Source: Eledone cirrhosa
Taxonomy: Eukaryota
Length of the DNA: 64,000 nucleotides
Direction of reading: 5' to 3'
Assembly (NCBI GenBank): GCA_964016885.1
Contig: OZ024741.1
Location: 397,172,001-397,236,000 of the forward strand
Every line of letters starts with the position of its first letter. Position 1 is the first letter of the stretch. Under the pieces are notes generated by a model. That model worked only from the letters and a program-made list of their open reading frames with translations. It ran no database searches and was not told the DNA's origin. This document shows positions 1-15,000 of the stretch, piece by piece. The translations under genes and the position numbers were made by a program.

Positions 1-3000
1 ACTGACGTGGTCATTGGAGCACTTTGGCTGCCTCGTGTGTCTCAAGACATAGATGTAACTGACCGTGGTCATTAGAGCACTTTGGCTGCCTCATGTGTCT
101 CAAGACATAGATGTAACTGACCGTGGTCATTAGAGCACTTTGGCTGCCTCATGTGTCTTAAGACATAGATGTAACTGACGTGGTCATTGGATCACTTTGG
201 CTGCCTCATGTGTCTCAAGACATAGATTTAACTGACAGTGGTCATTGGAGCACTTTGGCTGCCTCATGTGTCTCAAGACATAGATATAACTGACCGTGGT
301 CATTAGAGCACTTTGGCTGCCTCATGTGTCTCAAGACATAGATGTAACTGACCGTGGTCATTGGAGCACTTTGGCTGCCTCATGTGTCTCAAGACATAGA
401 TGTAACTGACCGTGGTCATTGGAACACTTTGGCTGCCTCATGTGTCTCAAGACATAGATGTCACTGACCGTGGTCATTAGAGCACTTTGGCTGCCTCATG
501 TGTCTCAAGACATAGATGTAACTGACCGTGGTCATTGGAGCACTTTGGCTGCCTCATGTGTCTCAAGACATAGATGTAACTGACCGTGGTCATTGGAGCA
601 CTTTGGCTGCCTCATGTGTCTCAAGACATAGATGTAACTGACCGTGGTCATTAGAGCACTTTGGCTGCCTCATGTATCTCAAGACATAGATGTAACTGAC
701 GTGGTCATTGGAGCACTTTGGCTGCCTCATGTGTCTCAAGACATAGATGTAACTGACCGTGGTCATTGGAGCACTTTGGCTGCCTCATGTGTCTCAAGAC
801 ATAGATGTAACTGACCGTGGTCATTGGAGCACTTTGGCTGCTTCATGTGTCTCAAGACATAGATATAACTGACGTTGTCATTGAAGCACTTTGGCTGCCT
901 CATGTGTCTCAAGACATAGATGTAACTGACCGTGGACATTGGAGCACTTTGGCTGCCTCATGTGTCTCAAGACATAGATGTAACTGACCGTGGTCATTGA
1001 AGCACTTTGGCTGCCTCATGTGTCTCAAGACATAGATGTAACTGACCGTGGTCATTGGAGCACTTTGGCTGCCTCATGTGTCTCAAGACATAGATATAAC
1101 TTACGTTGTCATTGAAGCACTTTGGCTGCCTCATGTGTCTCAAGACATAGATGTAACTGACCGTGGTCATTGGAGCACTTTGGCTGCCTCATGTGTCTCA
1201 AGACATAGATGTAACTGACGTGGTCATTGGAGCACTTTGGCTGCCTCATGTGTCTCAAGACATAGATGTAACTGACTGTGGTCATTGGAGCACTTTGGCT
1301 GCCTCATGTGTCTCAAGACATAGATGTAACTGACCCTGGTCATTAGAGCACTTTGGCTGCCTCGTGTGTCTCAAGACATAGATGTAACTGACGTGGTCAT
1401 TGGAGCACTTTGGCTGCCTCATGTGTCTCAAGACATAGATGTAACTGACAGTGGTCATTGGAGCACTTTGGCTGCCTCATGTGTCTCAAGACATAGATGT
1501 AACTGACCGTGGTCATTGGAGCACTTTGGCTGCCTCATGTGTCTCAAGACATAGATGTAACTGACCGTGGTCATTAGAGCACTTTGGCTGCCTCATGTGT
1601 CTCAAGACATAGATGTAACTGACGTGGTTTGGAGCACTTTGGCTGCCTCATGTGTCTCAAGACATAGATGTAACTGACCGTGGTCATTAGAGCACTTTGG
1701 CTGCCTCATGTGTCTCAAGACATAGATGTAACTGACCGTGGTCATTGGAGCACTTTGGCTGCTCCATGTGTCTCAAGACATAGATGTAACTGACCGTGGT
1801 CATTAGAGCACTTTGGCTGCCTCATGTGCCTCAAGACATAAATGTAACTGACCGTGGTCATTAGAGCACTTTGGCTGCCTCATGTGTCTCAAGACATAGA
1901 TGTAACTGACCGTGGTCATTGGAGCACTTTGGCTGCCTCATGTGTCTCAAGACATAGATATAACTGACGTGGTCATTGGAGCACTTTGGCTGCCTCATGT
2001 GTCTCAAGACATAGATGTAACTGACTGTGGTCATTGGAGCACTTTGTCTGCCTCATGTGTCTCAAGACATAGATGTAAATGACCGTGGTCATTGGAGCAC
2101 TTTGGCTGCCTCATGTGTCTCAAGACATAGATGTAACTGACCGTGGTCATTAGAGCACTTTGGCTGCCTCATGTGTCTCAAGACATATATGTAACTGACC
2201 GTGGTCATTGGAGCACTTTGGCTGCCTCATGTGTCTCAAGACATAGATATAACTGACGTGGTCATTGGAGCACTTTGGCTGCCTCATGTGTCTCAAGACA
2301 TAGATGTAACTGACTGTGGTCATTGGAACACTTTGGCTGCCTCATGTGTCTCAAGACATAGATGTAACTGACCGTGGTCATTGGAGCACTTTGGCTGCCT
2401 CATGTGTCTCAAGACATAGATATAACTGACGTGGTCATTGGAGCACTTTGGCTGCCTCGTGTGTCTCAAGACATAGATGTAACTGACCGTGGTCATTAGA
2501 GCACTTTGGCTGCCTCATGTGTCTCAAGACATAGATGTAACTGACCGTGGTCATTAGAGCACTTTGGCTGCCTCATGTGTCTTAAGACATAGATGTAACT
2601 GACGTGGTCATTGGATCACTTTGGCTGCCTCATGTGTCTCAAGACATAGATGTAACTGACAGTGGTCATTGGAGCACTTTGGCTGCCTCATGTGTCTCAA
2701 GACATAGATATAACTGACCGTGGTCATTAGAGCACTTTGGCTGCCTCATGTGTCTCAAGACATAGATGTAACTGACCGTGGTCATTGGAGCACTTTGGCT
2801 GCCTCATGTGTCTCAAGACATAGATGTAACTGACCGTGGTCATTGGAACACTTTGGCTGCCTCATGTGTCTCAAGACATAGATGTCACTGACCGTGGTCA
2901 TTAGAGCACTTTGGCTGCCTCATGTGTCTCAAGACATAGATGTAACTGACCGTGGTCATTGGAGCACTTTGGCTGCCTCATGTGTCTCAAGACATAGATG

Positions 3001-6000
3001 TAACTGACCGTGGTCATTGGAGCACTTTGGCTGCCTCATGTGTCTCAAGACATAGATGTAACTGACCGTGGTCATTAGAGCACTTTGGCTGCCTCATGTA
3101 TCTCAAGACATAGATGTAACTGACGTGGTCATTGGAGCACTTTGGCTGCCTCATGTGTCTCAAGACATAGATGTATCTGACAGTGGTCATTGGAGCACTT
3201 TGGCTGCTCCATGTGTCTCAAGACATAGATGTAACTGACGTGGTCATTAGAGCACTTTGGCTGCCTCATGTGTCTCAAGACAGATGTAACTGACCGTGGT
3301 CATTAGAGCACTTTGGCTGCCTCATGTGTCTCAAGACATAGATGTAACTGACCGTGGTCATTGGAGCACTTTGGCTGCCTCATGTGTCTCAAGACATAGA
3401 TATAACTGACGTGGTCATTGGAGCACTTTGGCTGCCTCATGTGTCTCAAGACATAGATGTAACTGACTGTGGTCATTGGAGCACTTTGGCTGCCTCATGT
3501 GTCTCAAGACATAGATGTAAATGACCGTGGTCATTGGAGCACTTTGGCTGCCTCATGTGTCTCAAGACATAGATGTAACTGACTGTGGTCATTGGAGCAC
3601 TTTGGCTGCCTCATGTGTCTCAAGACATAGATGTAAATGACCGTGGTCATTGGAGCACTTTGGCTGCCTCATGTGTCTCAAGACATAGATGTAACTGACC
3701 GTGGTCATTGGAGCACTTTGGCTGCCTCATGTGTCTCAAGACATAGATGTAACTGACCGTGGTCATTGGAGCACTTTGGCTGCCTCATGTGTCTCAAGAC
3801 ATAGATGTAACTGACCGTGGTCATTAGAGCACTTTGGCTGCCTCATGTATCTCAAGACATAGATGTAACTGACGTGGTCATTGGAGCACTTTGGCTGCCT
3901 CATGTGTCTCAAGACATAGATGTATCTGACAGTGGTCATTGGAGCACTTTGGCTGCTCCATGTGTCTCAAGACATAGATGTAACTGACGTGGTCATTAGA
4001 GCACTTTGGCTGCCTCATGTGTCTCAAGACAGATGTAACTGACCGTGGTCATTAGAGCACTTTGGCTGCCTCATGTGTCTCAAGACATAGATGTAACTGA
4101 CCGTGGTCATTGGAGCACTTTGGCTGCCTCATGTGTCTCAAGACATAGATATAACTGACGTGGTCATTGGAGCACTTTGGCTGCCTCATGTGTCTCAAGA
4201 CATAGATGTAACTGACTGTGGTCATTGGAGCACTTTGGCTGCCTCATGTGTCTCAAGACATAGATGTAAATGACCGTGGTCATTGGAGCACTTTGGCTGC
4301 CTCATGTGTCTCAAGACATAGATGTAACTGACCGTGGTCATTAGAGCACTTTGGCTGCCTCATGTGTCTCAAGACATAGATGTAACTGACCGTGGTCTTT
4401 GGAGCACTTTGGCTGCCTCATGTGTCTCAAGACATAGATATAACTGACGTGGTCATTAGAGCACTTTGGCTGCCTCATGTGTCTCAAGACATAGATGTAA
4501 CTGACCGTGGTCATTGGAGCACTTTGGCTGCCTCATGTGTCTCAAGACATAGATATAACTGACGTTGTCATTGAAGCACTTTGGCTGCCTCATGTGTCTC
4601 AAGACATAGATGTAACTGACCGTGGTCATTGGAGCACTTTGGCTGCCTCATGTGTCTCAAGACATAGATGTAACTGACCGTGGTCATTAGAGCACTTTGG
4701 CTGCCTCATGTGTCTCAAGACATAGATGTAACTGACCGTGGTCATTGGAGCACTTTGGCTGCCTCATGTGTCTCAAGACATAGATGTAACTGACCGTGGT
4801 CATTGGAGCACTTTGGCTGCCTCATGTGTCTCAAGACATAGATGTAACTGACCGTGGTCATTGGAGCACTTTGGCTGCCTCATGTGTCTCAAGACATAGA
4901 TGTAACTGACCGTGGTCATTAGAGCACTTTGGCTGCCTCATGTGTCTTAATACATAGATGTAACTGACGTGGTCATTGGATCACTTTGGCTGCCTCATGT
5001 GTCTCAAGACATAGATGTAACTGACAGTGGTCATTGGAGCACTTTGGCGGCCTCATGTGTCTCAAGACATAGATATAACTGACCGTGGTCATTAGAGCAC
5101 TTTGGCTGCCTCATGTGTCTCAAGACATAGATGTAACTGACCGTGGTCATTGGAGCACTTTGGCTGCCTCATGTGTCTCAAGACATAGATGTAACTGACC
5201 GTGGTCATTGGAACACTTTGGCTGCCTCATGTGTCTCAAGACATAGATGTCACTGACCGTGGTCATTAGAGCACTTTGGCTGCCTCATGTGTCTCAACAC
5301 ATAGATGTAACTGACCGTGGTCATTGGAGCACTTTGGCTGCCTCATGTGTCTCAAGACATAGATGTAACTGACCGTGGTCATTATAGCACTTTGGGTGCC
5401 TCATGTGTCTCAAGACATAGATGTAACTGACGTGGTCATTGGAGCACTTTGGCTGCCTCATGTGTCTCAAGACATAGATGTAACTGACCGTGGTCATTAG
5501 AGCACTTTGGCTGCCTCATGTGTCTCAAGACATAGATGTAACTGACCGTGGTCATTGGAGCACTTTGGCTGCTCCATGTGTCTCAAGACATAGATGTAAC
5601 TGACGTGGTCATTAGAGCACTTTGGCTGCCTCATGTGTCTCAAGACATAGATGTAACTGACCGTGGTCATTAGAGCACTTTGGCTGCCTCATGTGTCTCA
5701 AGACATAGATGTAACTGACCGTGGTCATTGGAGCACTTTGGCTGCCTCATGTGTCTCAAGACATAGATATAACTGACGTGGTCATTGGAGCACTTTGGCT
5801 GCCACATGTGTCTCAAGACATAGATGTGACTGACTGTGGTCATTGGAGCACTTTGGCTGCCTCATGTGTCTCAAGACATAGATATAACTGACGTGGTCAT
5901 TGGAGCACTTTGGCTGCCTCATGTGTCTCAAGACATAGATGTAACTGACCGTGGTCATTAGAGCACTTTGGCTGCCTCATGTGTCTCAAAACATAGATGT

Positions 6001-9000
6001 AACTGACCGTGGTCATTAGAGCACTTTGGCTGCCTCATGTGTCTCAAGACATAGATGTAACTGACCGTGGTCATTAGAGCACTTTGGCTGCCTCATGTGT
6101 CTCAAGACATAGATGTAACTGACCGTGGTCATTGGAGCACTTTGGCTGCCTCATGTGTCTCAAGACATAGATATAACTGACGTTGTCATTGGAGCACTTT
6201 GGCTGCCTCTGTGTCTCAAGACATAGATGTAACTGACTGTGGTCATTGGAGCACTTTGGCTGCCTCATGTGTCTCAAGACATAGATGTAACTGACCGTGG
6301 TCATTGGAGCACTTTGGCTGCCTCATGTGTCTCAAGACATAGATATAACTGACGTTGTCATTGAAGCACTTTGGCTGCCTCATGTGTCTCAAGACATAGA
6401 TGTAACTGACCGTGGTCATTGGAGCACTTTGGCTGCCTCATGTGTCTCAAGACATAGATGTAACTGACCGTGGTCATTAGAGCACTTTGGCTGCCTCATG
6501 TGTCTCAAGACATAGATGTAACTGACTGTGGTCATTGGAGCACTTTGGCTGCCTCATGTGTCTCAAGACATAGATGTAACTAACCGTGGTCATTAGAGCA
6601 CTTTGGCTGCCTCATGTGTCTCAAGACATAGATGTAACTGACGTGGTCATTGGAGCACTTTGGCTGCCTCATGTGTCTCAAGACATAGATGTAACTGACC
6701 GTGGTCATTGGAGCACTTTGGCTGCCTCATGTGTCTCAAGACATAGATGTAACTGACCGTGGTCATTAGAGCACTTTGGCTGCCTCATGTGTCTCAAGAC
6801 ATAGATGTAACTGACGTGGTCATTGGATCACTTTGGCTGCCTCATGTGTCTCAAGACATAGATGTAACTGACAGTGGTCATTGGAGCACTTTGGCTGCCT
6901 CATGTGTCTCAAGACATAGATGTAACTGACCGTGGTCATTGGAACACTTTGGCTGCCTCATGTGTCTCAAGACATAGATGTAACTGACCGTGGTCATTAG
7001 AGCACTTTGGCTGCCTCATGTATCTCAAGACATAGATGTAACTGACGTGGTCATTGGAGCACTTTGGCTGCCTCATGTGTCTCAAGACATAGATGTATCT
7101 GACAGTGGTCATTGGAGCACTTTGGCTGCTCCATGTGTCTCAAGACATAGATGTAACTGACGTGGTCATTAGAGCACTTTGGCTGCCTCATGTGTCTCAA
7201 GACAGATGTAACTGACCGTGGTCATTAGAGCACTTTGGCTGCCTCATGTGTCTCAAGACATAGATGTAACTGACCGTGGTCATTGGAGCACTTTGGCTGC
7301 CTCATGTGTCTCAAGACATAGATATAACTGACGTGGTCATTGGAGCACTTTGGCTGCCTCATGTGTCTCAAGACATAGATGTAACTGACTGTGGTCATTG
7401 GAGCACTTTGGCTGCCTCATGTGTCTCAAGACATAGATGTAAATGACCGTGGTCATTGGAGCACTTTGGCTGCCTCATGTGTCTCAAGACATAGATGTAA
7501 CTGACCGTGGTCATTAGAGCACTTTGGCTGCCTCATGTGTCTCAAGACATAGATGTAACTGATCGTGGTCTTTGGAGCACTTTGGCTGCCTCATGTGTCT
7601 CAAGACATAGATATAACTGACGTGGTCATTGGAGCACTTTGGCTGCCTCATGTGTCTCAAGACATAGATGTAACTGACCGTGGTCATTGGAGCACTTTGG
7701 CTGCCTCATGTGTCTCAAGACATAGATATAACTGACGTTGTCATTGAAGCACTTTGGCTACCTCATGTGTCTCAAGACATAGATGTAACTGACCGTGGTC
7801 ATTGGAGCACTTTGGCTGCCTCATGTGTCTCAAGACATAGATGTAACTGACCGTGGTCATTAGAGCACTTTGGCTGCCTCATGTGTCTCAAGACATAGAT
7901 GTAACTGACCGTGGTCATTGGAGCACTTTGGCTGCCTCATGTGTCTCAAGACATAGATGTAACTGACCGTGGTCATTGGAGCACTTTGGCTGCCTCATGT
8001 GTCTCAAGACATAGATATAACTGACGTTGTCATTGAAGCACTTTGGCTGCCTCATGTGTCTCAAGACATAGATGTAACTGACCGTGGTCATTGGAGCACT
8101 TTGGCTGCCTCATGTGTCTCAAGACATAGATGTAACTGACCGTGGTCATTGAAGCACTTTGGCTGCCTCATGTGTCTCAAGACATAGATGTAACTGACCG
8201 TGGTTATTGGAGCACTTTGGCTGCCTCATGTGTCTCAAGACATAGATGTAACTGACCGTGGTCATTGGAGCACTTTGGCTGCCTCATGTGTCTCAAGACA
8301 TAGATGTAACTGACGTGGTCATTGGAGCACTTTGGCTGCCTCATGTGTCTCAAGACATAGATGTAACTGACTGTGGTCATTGGAGCACTTTGGCTGCCTC
8401 ATGTGTCTCAAGACATAGATGTAACTGACCGTGGTCATTGGAGCACTTTGGCTGCTCCATGTGTCTCAAGACATAGATGTAACTGACCGTGGTCATTAGA
8501 GCACTTTGGCTGCCTCATGTGCCTCAAGACATAAATGTAACTGACCGTGGTCATTAGAGCACTTTGGCTGCCTCATGTGTCTCAAGACATAGATGTAACT
8601 GACCGTGGTCATTGGAGCACTTTGGCTGCCTCATGTGTCTCAAGACATAGATATAACTGACGTGGTCATTGGAGCACTTTGGCTGCCTCATGTGTCTCAA
8701 GACATAGATGTAACTGACTGTGGTCATTGGAGCACTTTGTCTGCCTCATGTGTCTCAAGACATAGATGTAAATGACCGTGGTCATTGGAGCACTTTGGCT
8801 GCCTCATGTGTCTCAAGACATAGATGTAACTGACCGTGGTCATTAGAGCACTTTGGCTGCCTCATGTGTCTCAAGACATATATGTAACTGACCGTGGTCA
8901 TTGGAGCACTTTGGCTGCCTCATGTGTCTCAAGACATAGATATAACTGCCGTGGTCATTGGAGCACTTTGGCTGCCTCATGTGTCTCAAGACATAGATGT

Positions 9001-12000
9001 AACTGACTGTGGTCATTGGAACACTTTGGCTGCCTCATGTGTCTCAAGACATAGATGTAACTGACCGTGGTCATTGGAGCACTTTGGCTGCCTCATGTGT
9101 CTCAAGACATAGATATAACTGACGTGGTCATTGGAGCACTTTGGCTGCCTCGTGTGTCTCAAGACATAGATGTAACTGACCGTGGTCATTAGAGCACTTT
9201 GGCTGCCTCATGTGTCTCAAGACATAGATGTAACTGACCGTGGTCATTAGAGCACTTTGGCTGCCTCATGTGTCTTAAGACATAGATGTAACTGACGTGG
9301 TCATTGGATCACTTTGGCTGCCTCATGTGTCTCAAGACATAGATGTAACTGACAGTGGTCATTGGAGCACTTTGGCTGCCTCATGTGTCTCAAGACATAG
9401 ATATAACTGACCGCGGTCATTAGAGCACTTTGGCTGCCTCATGTGTCTCAAGACATAGATGTAACTGACCGTGGTCATTGGAGCACTTTGGCTGCCTCAT
9501 GTGTCTCAAGACATAGATGTAACTGACCGTGGTCATTGGAACACTTTGGCTGCCTCATGTGTCTCAAGACATAGATGTCACTGACCGTGGTCATTAGAGC
9601 ACTTTGGCTGCCTCATGTGTCTCAAGACATAGATGTAACTGACCGTGGTCATTGGAGCACTTTGGCTGCCTCATGTGTCTCAAGACATAGATGTAACTGA
9701 CCGTGGTCATTATAGCACTTTGGGTGCCTCATGTGTCTCAAGACATAGATGTAACTGACGTGGTCATTGGAGCACTTTGGCTGCCTCATGTGTCTCAAGA
9801 CATAGATGTAACTGACCGTGGTCATTAGAGCACTTTGGCTGCCTCATGTGTCTCAAGACATAGATGTAACTGACCGTGGTCATTGGAGCACTTTGGCTGC
9901 TCCATGTGTCTCAAGACATAGATGTAACTGACGTGGTCATTAGAGCACTTTGGCTGCCTCATGTGTCTCAAGACATAGATGTAACTGACCGTGGTCATTA
10001 GAGCACTTTGGCTGCCTCATGTGTCTCAAGACATAGATGTAACTGACCGTGGTCATTGGAGCACTTTGGCTGCCTCATGTGTCTCAAGACATAGATATAT
10101 CTGACGTGGTCATTGGAGCACTTTGGCTGCCTCATGTGTCTCAAGACATAGATGTGACTGACTGTGGTCATTGGAGCACTTTGGCTGCCTCATGTGTCTC
10201 AAGACATAGATATAACTGACGTGGTCATTGGAGCACTTTGGCTGCCTCATGTGTCTCAAGACATAGATGTAACTGACCGTGGTCATTAGAGCACTTTGGC
10301 TGCCTCATGTGTCTCAAGACATAGATGTAACTGACCGTGGTCATTAGAGCACTTTGGCTGCCTCATGTGTCTCAAGACATAGATGTAACTGACCGTGGTC
10401 ATTAGAGCACTTTGGCTGCCTCATGTGTCTCAAGACATAGATGTAACTGACCGTGGTCATTGGAGCACTTTGGCTGCCTCATGTGTCTCAAGACATAGAT
10501 ATAACTGACGTTGTCATTGGAGCACTTTGGCTGCCTCTGTGTCTCAAGACATAGATGTAACTGACTGTGGTCATTGGAGCACTTTGGCTGCCTCCTGTGT
10601 CTCAAGACATAGATGTAACTGACCGTGGTCATTGGAGCACTTTGGCTGCCTCATGTGTCTCAAGACATAGATATAACTGACGTTGTCATTGAAGCACTTT
10701 GGCTGCCTCATGTGTCTCAAGACATAGATGTAACTGACCGTGGTCATTGGAGCACTTTGGCTGCCTCATGTGTCTCAAGACATAGATGTAACTGACCGTG
10801 GTCATTAGAGCACTTTGGCTGCCTCATGTGTCTCAAGACATAGATGTAACTGACTGTGGTCATTGGAGCACTTTGGCTGCCTCATGTGTCTCAAGACATA
10901 GATGTAACTAACCGTGGTCATTAGAGCACTTTGGCTGCCTCATGTGTCTCAAGACATAGATGTAACTGACGTGGTCATTGGAGCACTTTGGCTGCCTCAT
11001 GTGTCTCAAGACATAGATGTAACTGACCGTGGTCATTGGAGCACTTTGGCTGCCTCATGTGTCTCAAGACATAGATGTAACTGACCGTGGTCATTAGAGC
11101 ACTTTGGCTGCCTCATGTGTCTCAAGACATAGATGTAACTGACGTGGTCATTGGATCACTTTGGCTGCCTCATGTGTCTCAAGACATAGATGTAACTGAC
11201 AGTGGTCATTGGAGCACTTTGGCTGCCTCATGTGTCTCAAGACATAGATGTAACTGACCGTGGTCATTGGAGCACTTTGGCTGCCTCATGTGTCTCAAGA
11301 CATAGATGTAACTGACCGTGGTCATTAGAGCACTTTGGCTGCCTCATGTATCTCAAGACATAGATGTAACTGACGTGGTCATTGGAGCACTTTGGCTGCC
11401 TCATGTGTCTCAAGACATAGATGTATCTGACAGTGGTCATTGGAGCACTTTGGCTGCTCCATGTGTCTCAAGACATAGATGTAACTGACGTGGTCATTAG
11501 AGCACTTTGGCTGCCTCATGTGTCTCAAGACAGATGTAACTGACCGTGGTCATTAGAGCACTTTGGCTGCCTCATGTGTCTCAAGACATAGATGTAACTG
11601 ACCGTGGTCATTGGAGCACTTTGGCTGCCTCATGTGTCTCAAGACATAGATATAACTGACGTGGTCATTGGAGCACTTTGGCTGCCTCGTGTGTCTCAAG
11701 ACATAGATGTAAATGACCGTGGTCATTGGAGCACTTTGGCTGCCTCATGTGTCTCAAGACATAGATGTAACTGACCGTGGTCATTAGAGCACTTTGGCTG
11801 CCTCATGTGTCTCAAGACATAGATGTAACTGACCGTGGTCTTTGGAGCACTTTGGCTGCCTCATGTGTCTCAAGACATAGATATAACTGACGTTGTCATT
11901 GAAGCACTTTGGCTGCCTCATGTGTCTCAAGACATAGATGTAACTGACCGTGGTCATTGGAGCACTTTGGCTGCCTCATGTGTCTCAAGACATAGATGTA

Positions 12001-15000
12001 ACTGACCGTGGTCATTAGAGCACTTTGGCTGCCTCATGTGTCTCAAGACATAGATGTAACTGACCGTGGTCATTGGAGCACTTTGGCTGCCTCATGTGTC
12101 TCAAGACATAGATGTAACTGACCGTGGTCATTGGAGCACTTTGGCTGCCTCATGTGTCTCAAGACATAGATGTAACTGACCGTGGTCATTGGAGCACTTT
12201 GGCTGCCTCATGTGTCTCAAGACATAGATGTAACTGACCGTGGTCATTAGAGCACTTTGGCTGCCTCATGTGTCTTAATACATAGATGTAACTGACGTGG
12301 TCATTGGATCACTTTGGCTGCCTCATGTGTCTCAAGACATAGATGTAACTGACAGTGGTCATTGGAGCACTTTGGCGGCCTCATGTGTCTCAAGACATAG
12401 ATATAACTGACCGTGGTCATTAGAGCACTTTGGCTGCCTCATGTGTCTCAAGACATAGATGTAACTGACCGTGGTCATTGGAGCACTTTGGCTGCCTCAT
12501 GTGTCTCAAGACATAGATGTAACTGACCGTGGTCATTGGAACACTTTGGCTGCCTCATGTGTCTCAAGACATAGATGTCACTGACCGTGGTCATTAGAGC
12601 ACTTTGGCTGCCTCATGTGTCTCAAGACATAGATGTAACTGACCGTGGTCATTGGAGCACTTTGGCTGCCTCATGTGTCTCAAGACATAGATGTAACTGA
12701 CCGTGGTCATTATAGCACTTTGGGTGCCTCATGTGTCTCAAGACATAGATGTAACTGACGTGGTCATTGGAGCACTTTGGCTGCCTCATGTGTCTCAAGA
12801 CATAGATGTAACTGACCGTGGTCATTAGAGCACTTTGGCTGCCTCATGTGTCTCAAGACATAGATGTAACTGACCGTGGTCATTGGAGCACTTTGGCTGC
12901 TCCATGTGTCTCAAGACATAGATGTAACTGACGTGGTCATTAGAGCACTTTGGCTGCCTCATGTGTCTCAAGACATAGATGTAACTGACCGTGGTCATTA
13001 GAGCACTTTGGTTGCCTCATGTGTCTCAAGACATAGATGTAACTGACCGTGGTCATTGGAGCACTTTGGCTGCCTCATGTGTCTCAAGACATAGATATAA
13101 CTGACGTGGTCATTGGAGCACTTTGGCTGCCACATGTGTCTCAAGACATAGATGTGACTGACTGTGGTCATTGGAGCACTTTGGCTGCCTCATGTGTCTC
13201 AAGACATAGATATAACTGACGTGGTCATTGGAGCACTTTGGCTGCCTCATGTGTCTCAAGACATAGATGTAACTGACCGTGGTCATTAGAGCACTTTGGC
13301 TGCCTCATGTGTCTCAAGACATAGATGTAACTGACCGTGGTCATTAGAGCACTTTGGCTGCCTCATGTGTCTCAAGACATAGATGTAACTGACCGTGGTC
13401 ATTAGAGCACTTTGGCTGCCTCATGTGTCTCAAGACATAGATGTAACTGACCGTGGTCATTGGAGCACTTTGGCTGCCTCATGTGTCTCAAGACATAGAT
13501 ATAACTGACGTTGTCATTGGAGCACTTTGGCTGCCTCTGTGTCTCAAGACATAGATGTAACTGACTGTGGTCATTGGAGCACTTTGGCTGCCTCATGTGT
13601 CTCAAGACATAGATGTAACTGACCGTGGTCATTGGAGCACTTTGGCTGCCTCATGTGTCTCAAGACATAGATATAACTGACGTTGTCATTGAAGCACTTT
13701 GGCTGCCTCATGTGTCTCAAGACATAGATGTAACTGACCGTGGTCATTGGAGCACTTTGGCTGCCTCATGTGTCTCAAGACATAGATGTAACTGACCGTG
13801 GTCATTAGAGCACTTTGGCTGCCTCATGTGTCTCAAGACATAGATGTAACTGACTGTGGTCATTGGAGCACTTTGGCTGCCTCATGTGTCTCAAGACATA
13901 GATGTAACTAACCGTGGTCATTAGAGCACTTTGGCTGCCTCATGTGTCTCAAGACATAGATGTAACTGACGTGGTCATTGGAGCACTTTCGCTGCCTCAT
14001 GTGTCTCAAGACATAGATGTAACTGACCGTGGTCATTGGAGCACTTTGGCTGCCTCATGTGTCTCAAGACATAGATGTAACTGACCGTGGTCATTAGAGC
14101 ACTTTGGCTGCCTCATGTGTCTCAAGACATAGATGTAACTGACGTGGTCATTGGATCACTTTGGCTGCCTCATGTGTCTCAAGACATAGATGTAACTGAC
14201 AGTGGTCATTGGAGCACTTTGGCTGCCTCATGTGTCTCAAGACATAGATGTAACTGACCGTGGTCATTGGAGCACTTTGGCTGCCTCATGTGTCTCAAGA
14301 CATAGATGTAACTGACCGTGGTCATTAGAGCACTTTGGCTGCCTCATGTATCTCAAGACATAGATGTAACTGACGTGGTCATTGGAGCACTTTGGCTGCC
14401 TCATGTGTCTCAAGACATAGATGTATCTGACAGTGGTCATTGGAGCACTTTGGCTGCTCCATGTGTCTCAAGACATAGATGTAACTGACGTGGTCATTAG
14501 AGCACTTTGGCTGCCTCATGTGTCTCAAGACAGATGTAACTGACCGTGGTCATTAGAGCACTTTGGCTGCCTCATGTGTCTCAAGACATAGATGTAACTG
14601 ACCGTGGTCATTGGAGCACTTTGGCTGCCTCATGTGTCTCAAGACATAGATATAACTGACGTGGTCATTGGAGCACTTTGGCTGCCTCATGTGTCTCAAG
14701 ACATAGATGTAACTGACTGTGGTCATTGGAGCACTTTGGCTGCCTCATGTGTCTCAAGACATAGATGTAAATGACCGTGGTCATTGGAGCACTTTGGCTG
14801 CCTCATGTGTCTCAAGACATAGATGTAACTGACCGTGGTCATTAGAGCACTTTGGCTGCCTCATGTGTCTCAAGACATAGATGTAACTGACCGTGGTCTT
14901 TGGAGCACTTTGGCTGCCTCATGTGTCTCAAGACATAGATATAACTGACGTGGTCATTGGAGCACTTTGGCTGCCTCATGTGTCTCAAGACATAGATGTA